This document shows, in pieces, positions 63,855 through 64,000 of a stretch of DNA of 64,000 bases. Source of the DNA: an uncultured cyanobacterium (GTDB lineage: Bacteria; Cyanobacteriota; Cyanobacteriia; Cyanobacteriales; Cyanobacteriaceae). The stretch is taken from contig CAVQBA010000007.1 in assembly GCA_963710605.1 (NCBI GenBank), positions 502,416 to 566,415 on the forward strand, written 5' to 3'. The notes beneath the pieces were generated by a model. The model worked only from the letters and a program-made list of their open reading frames with translations, was not told where the DNA came from and did no database searches. Position 1 is the stretch's first letter. Every line of letters starts with the position of its first letter. Both the position numbers and the translations under genes were made by a program.

Positions 63855-64000
63855 GTTAATTCTCGGTTTTGTTTTTTGTACTAAGGTAAATACACCTATA
63901 AGTTCAGATTTCACTTTTCCAGAGTAGTTTAAACATTTATTTTAGCTATGGCTGTAATTCTTCGATGATGTTAAAGGTTACGTGATTAATTGCTAATTGC

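Noticed and set aside
63549-63914. 88-aa and 78-aa ORFs at the window end
   Set aside because: They overlap MITE/palindrome sequence and show no protein-like motifs.

Overview
AT-rich cyanobacterial chromosome segment. Evidence: form IB rbcL-rbcX-rbcS, OCP/FRP, chlP, abundant CGATCG/HIP1 sites and heptamer tandem repeats. Gene style suggests the Cyanobacterium/Geminocystis group (inference). The core genes are ppc, ubiD, ctpC, rbp, mgtE, tRNA-Ser(GCT), ocp-frp, rpsL-rpsG-fusA-tufA-rpsJ plus rpmI-rplT, rbcLXS, clpR-clpP, lipB, recA, ruvA, grxD, bolA and chlP. Accessory pieces: (i) a cluster of three type II toxin-antitoxin pairs in which every toxin is broken, one by an intact tnpB-only IS605-family element; (ii) a REP-associated tyrosine transposase (RAYT) knocked out by a 52-nt structured element; (iii) an AlkP/AKR/flippase/GT-C-like cluster; (iv) a PEP-CTERM protein and a 2793-aa secreted protein; (v) many TATAG...CTATA MITEs. 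The most striking signal is a family of ~52-nt elements (three copies). They show compensatory base changes, nest inside one another and inside hairpin loops, and carry a sub-insert matching 15/16 nt of the start of the IS605 left end. Single-base frameshifts in rbcL, fusA and ocp are probably assembly errors, so all single-base claims here need read-level checking.
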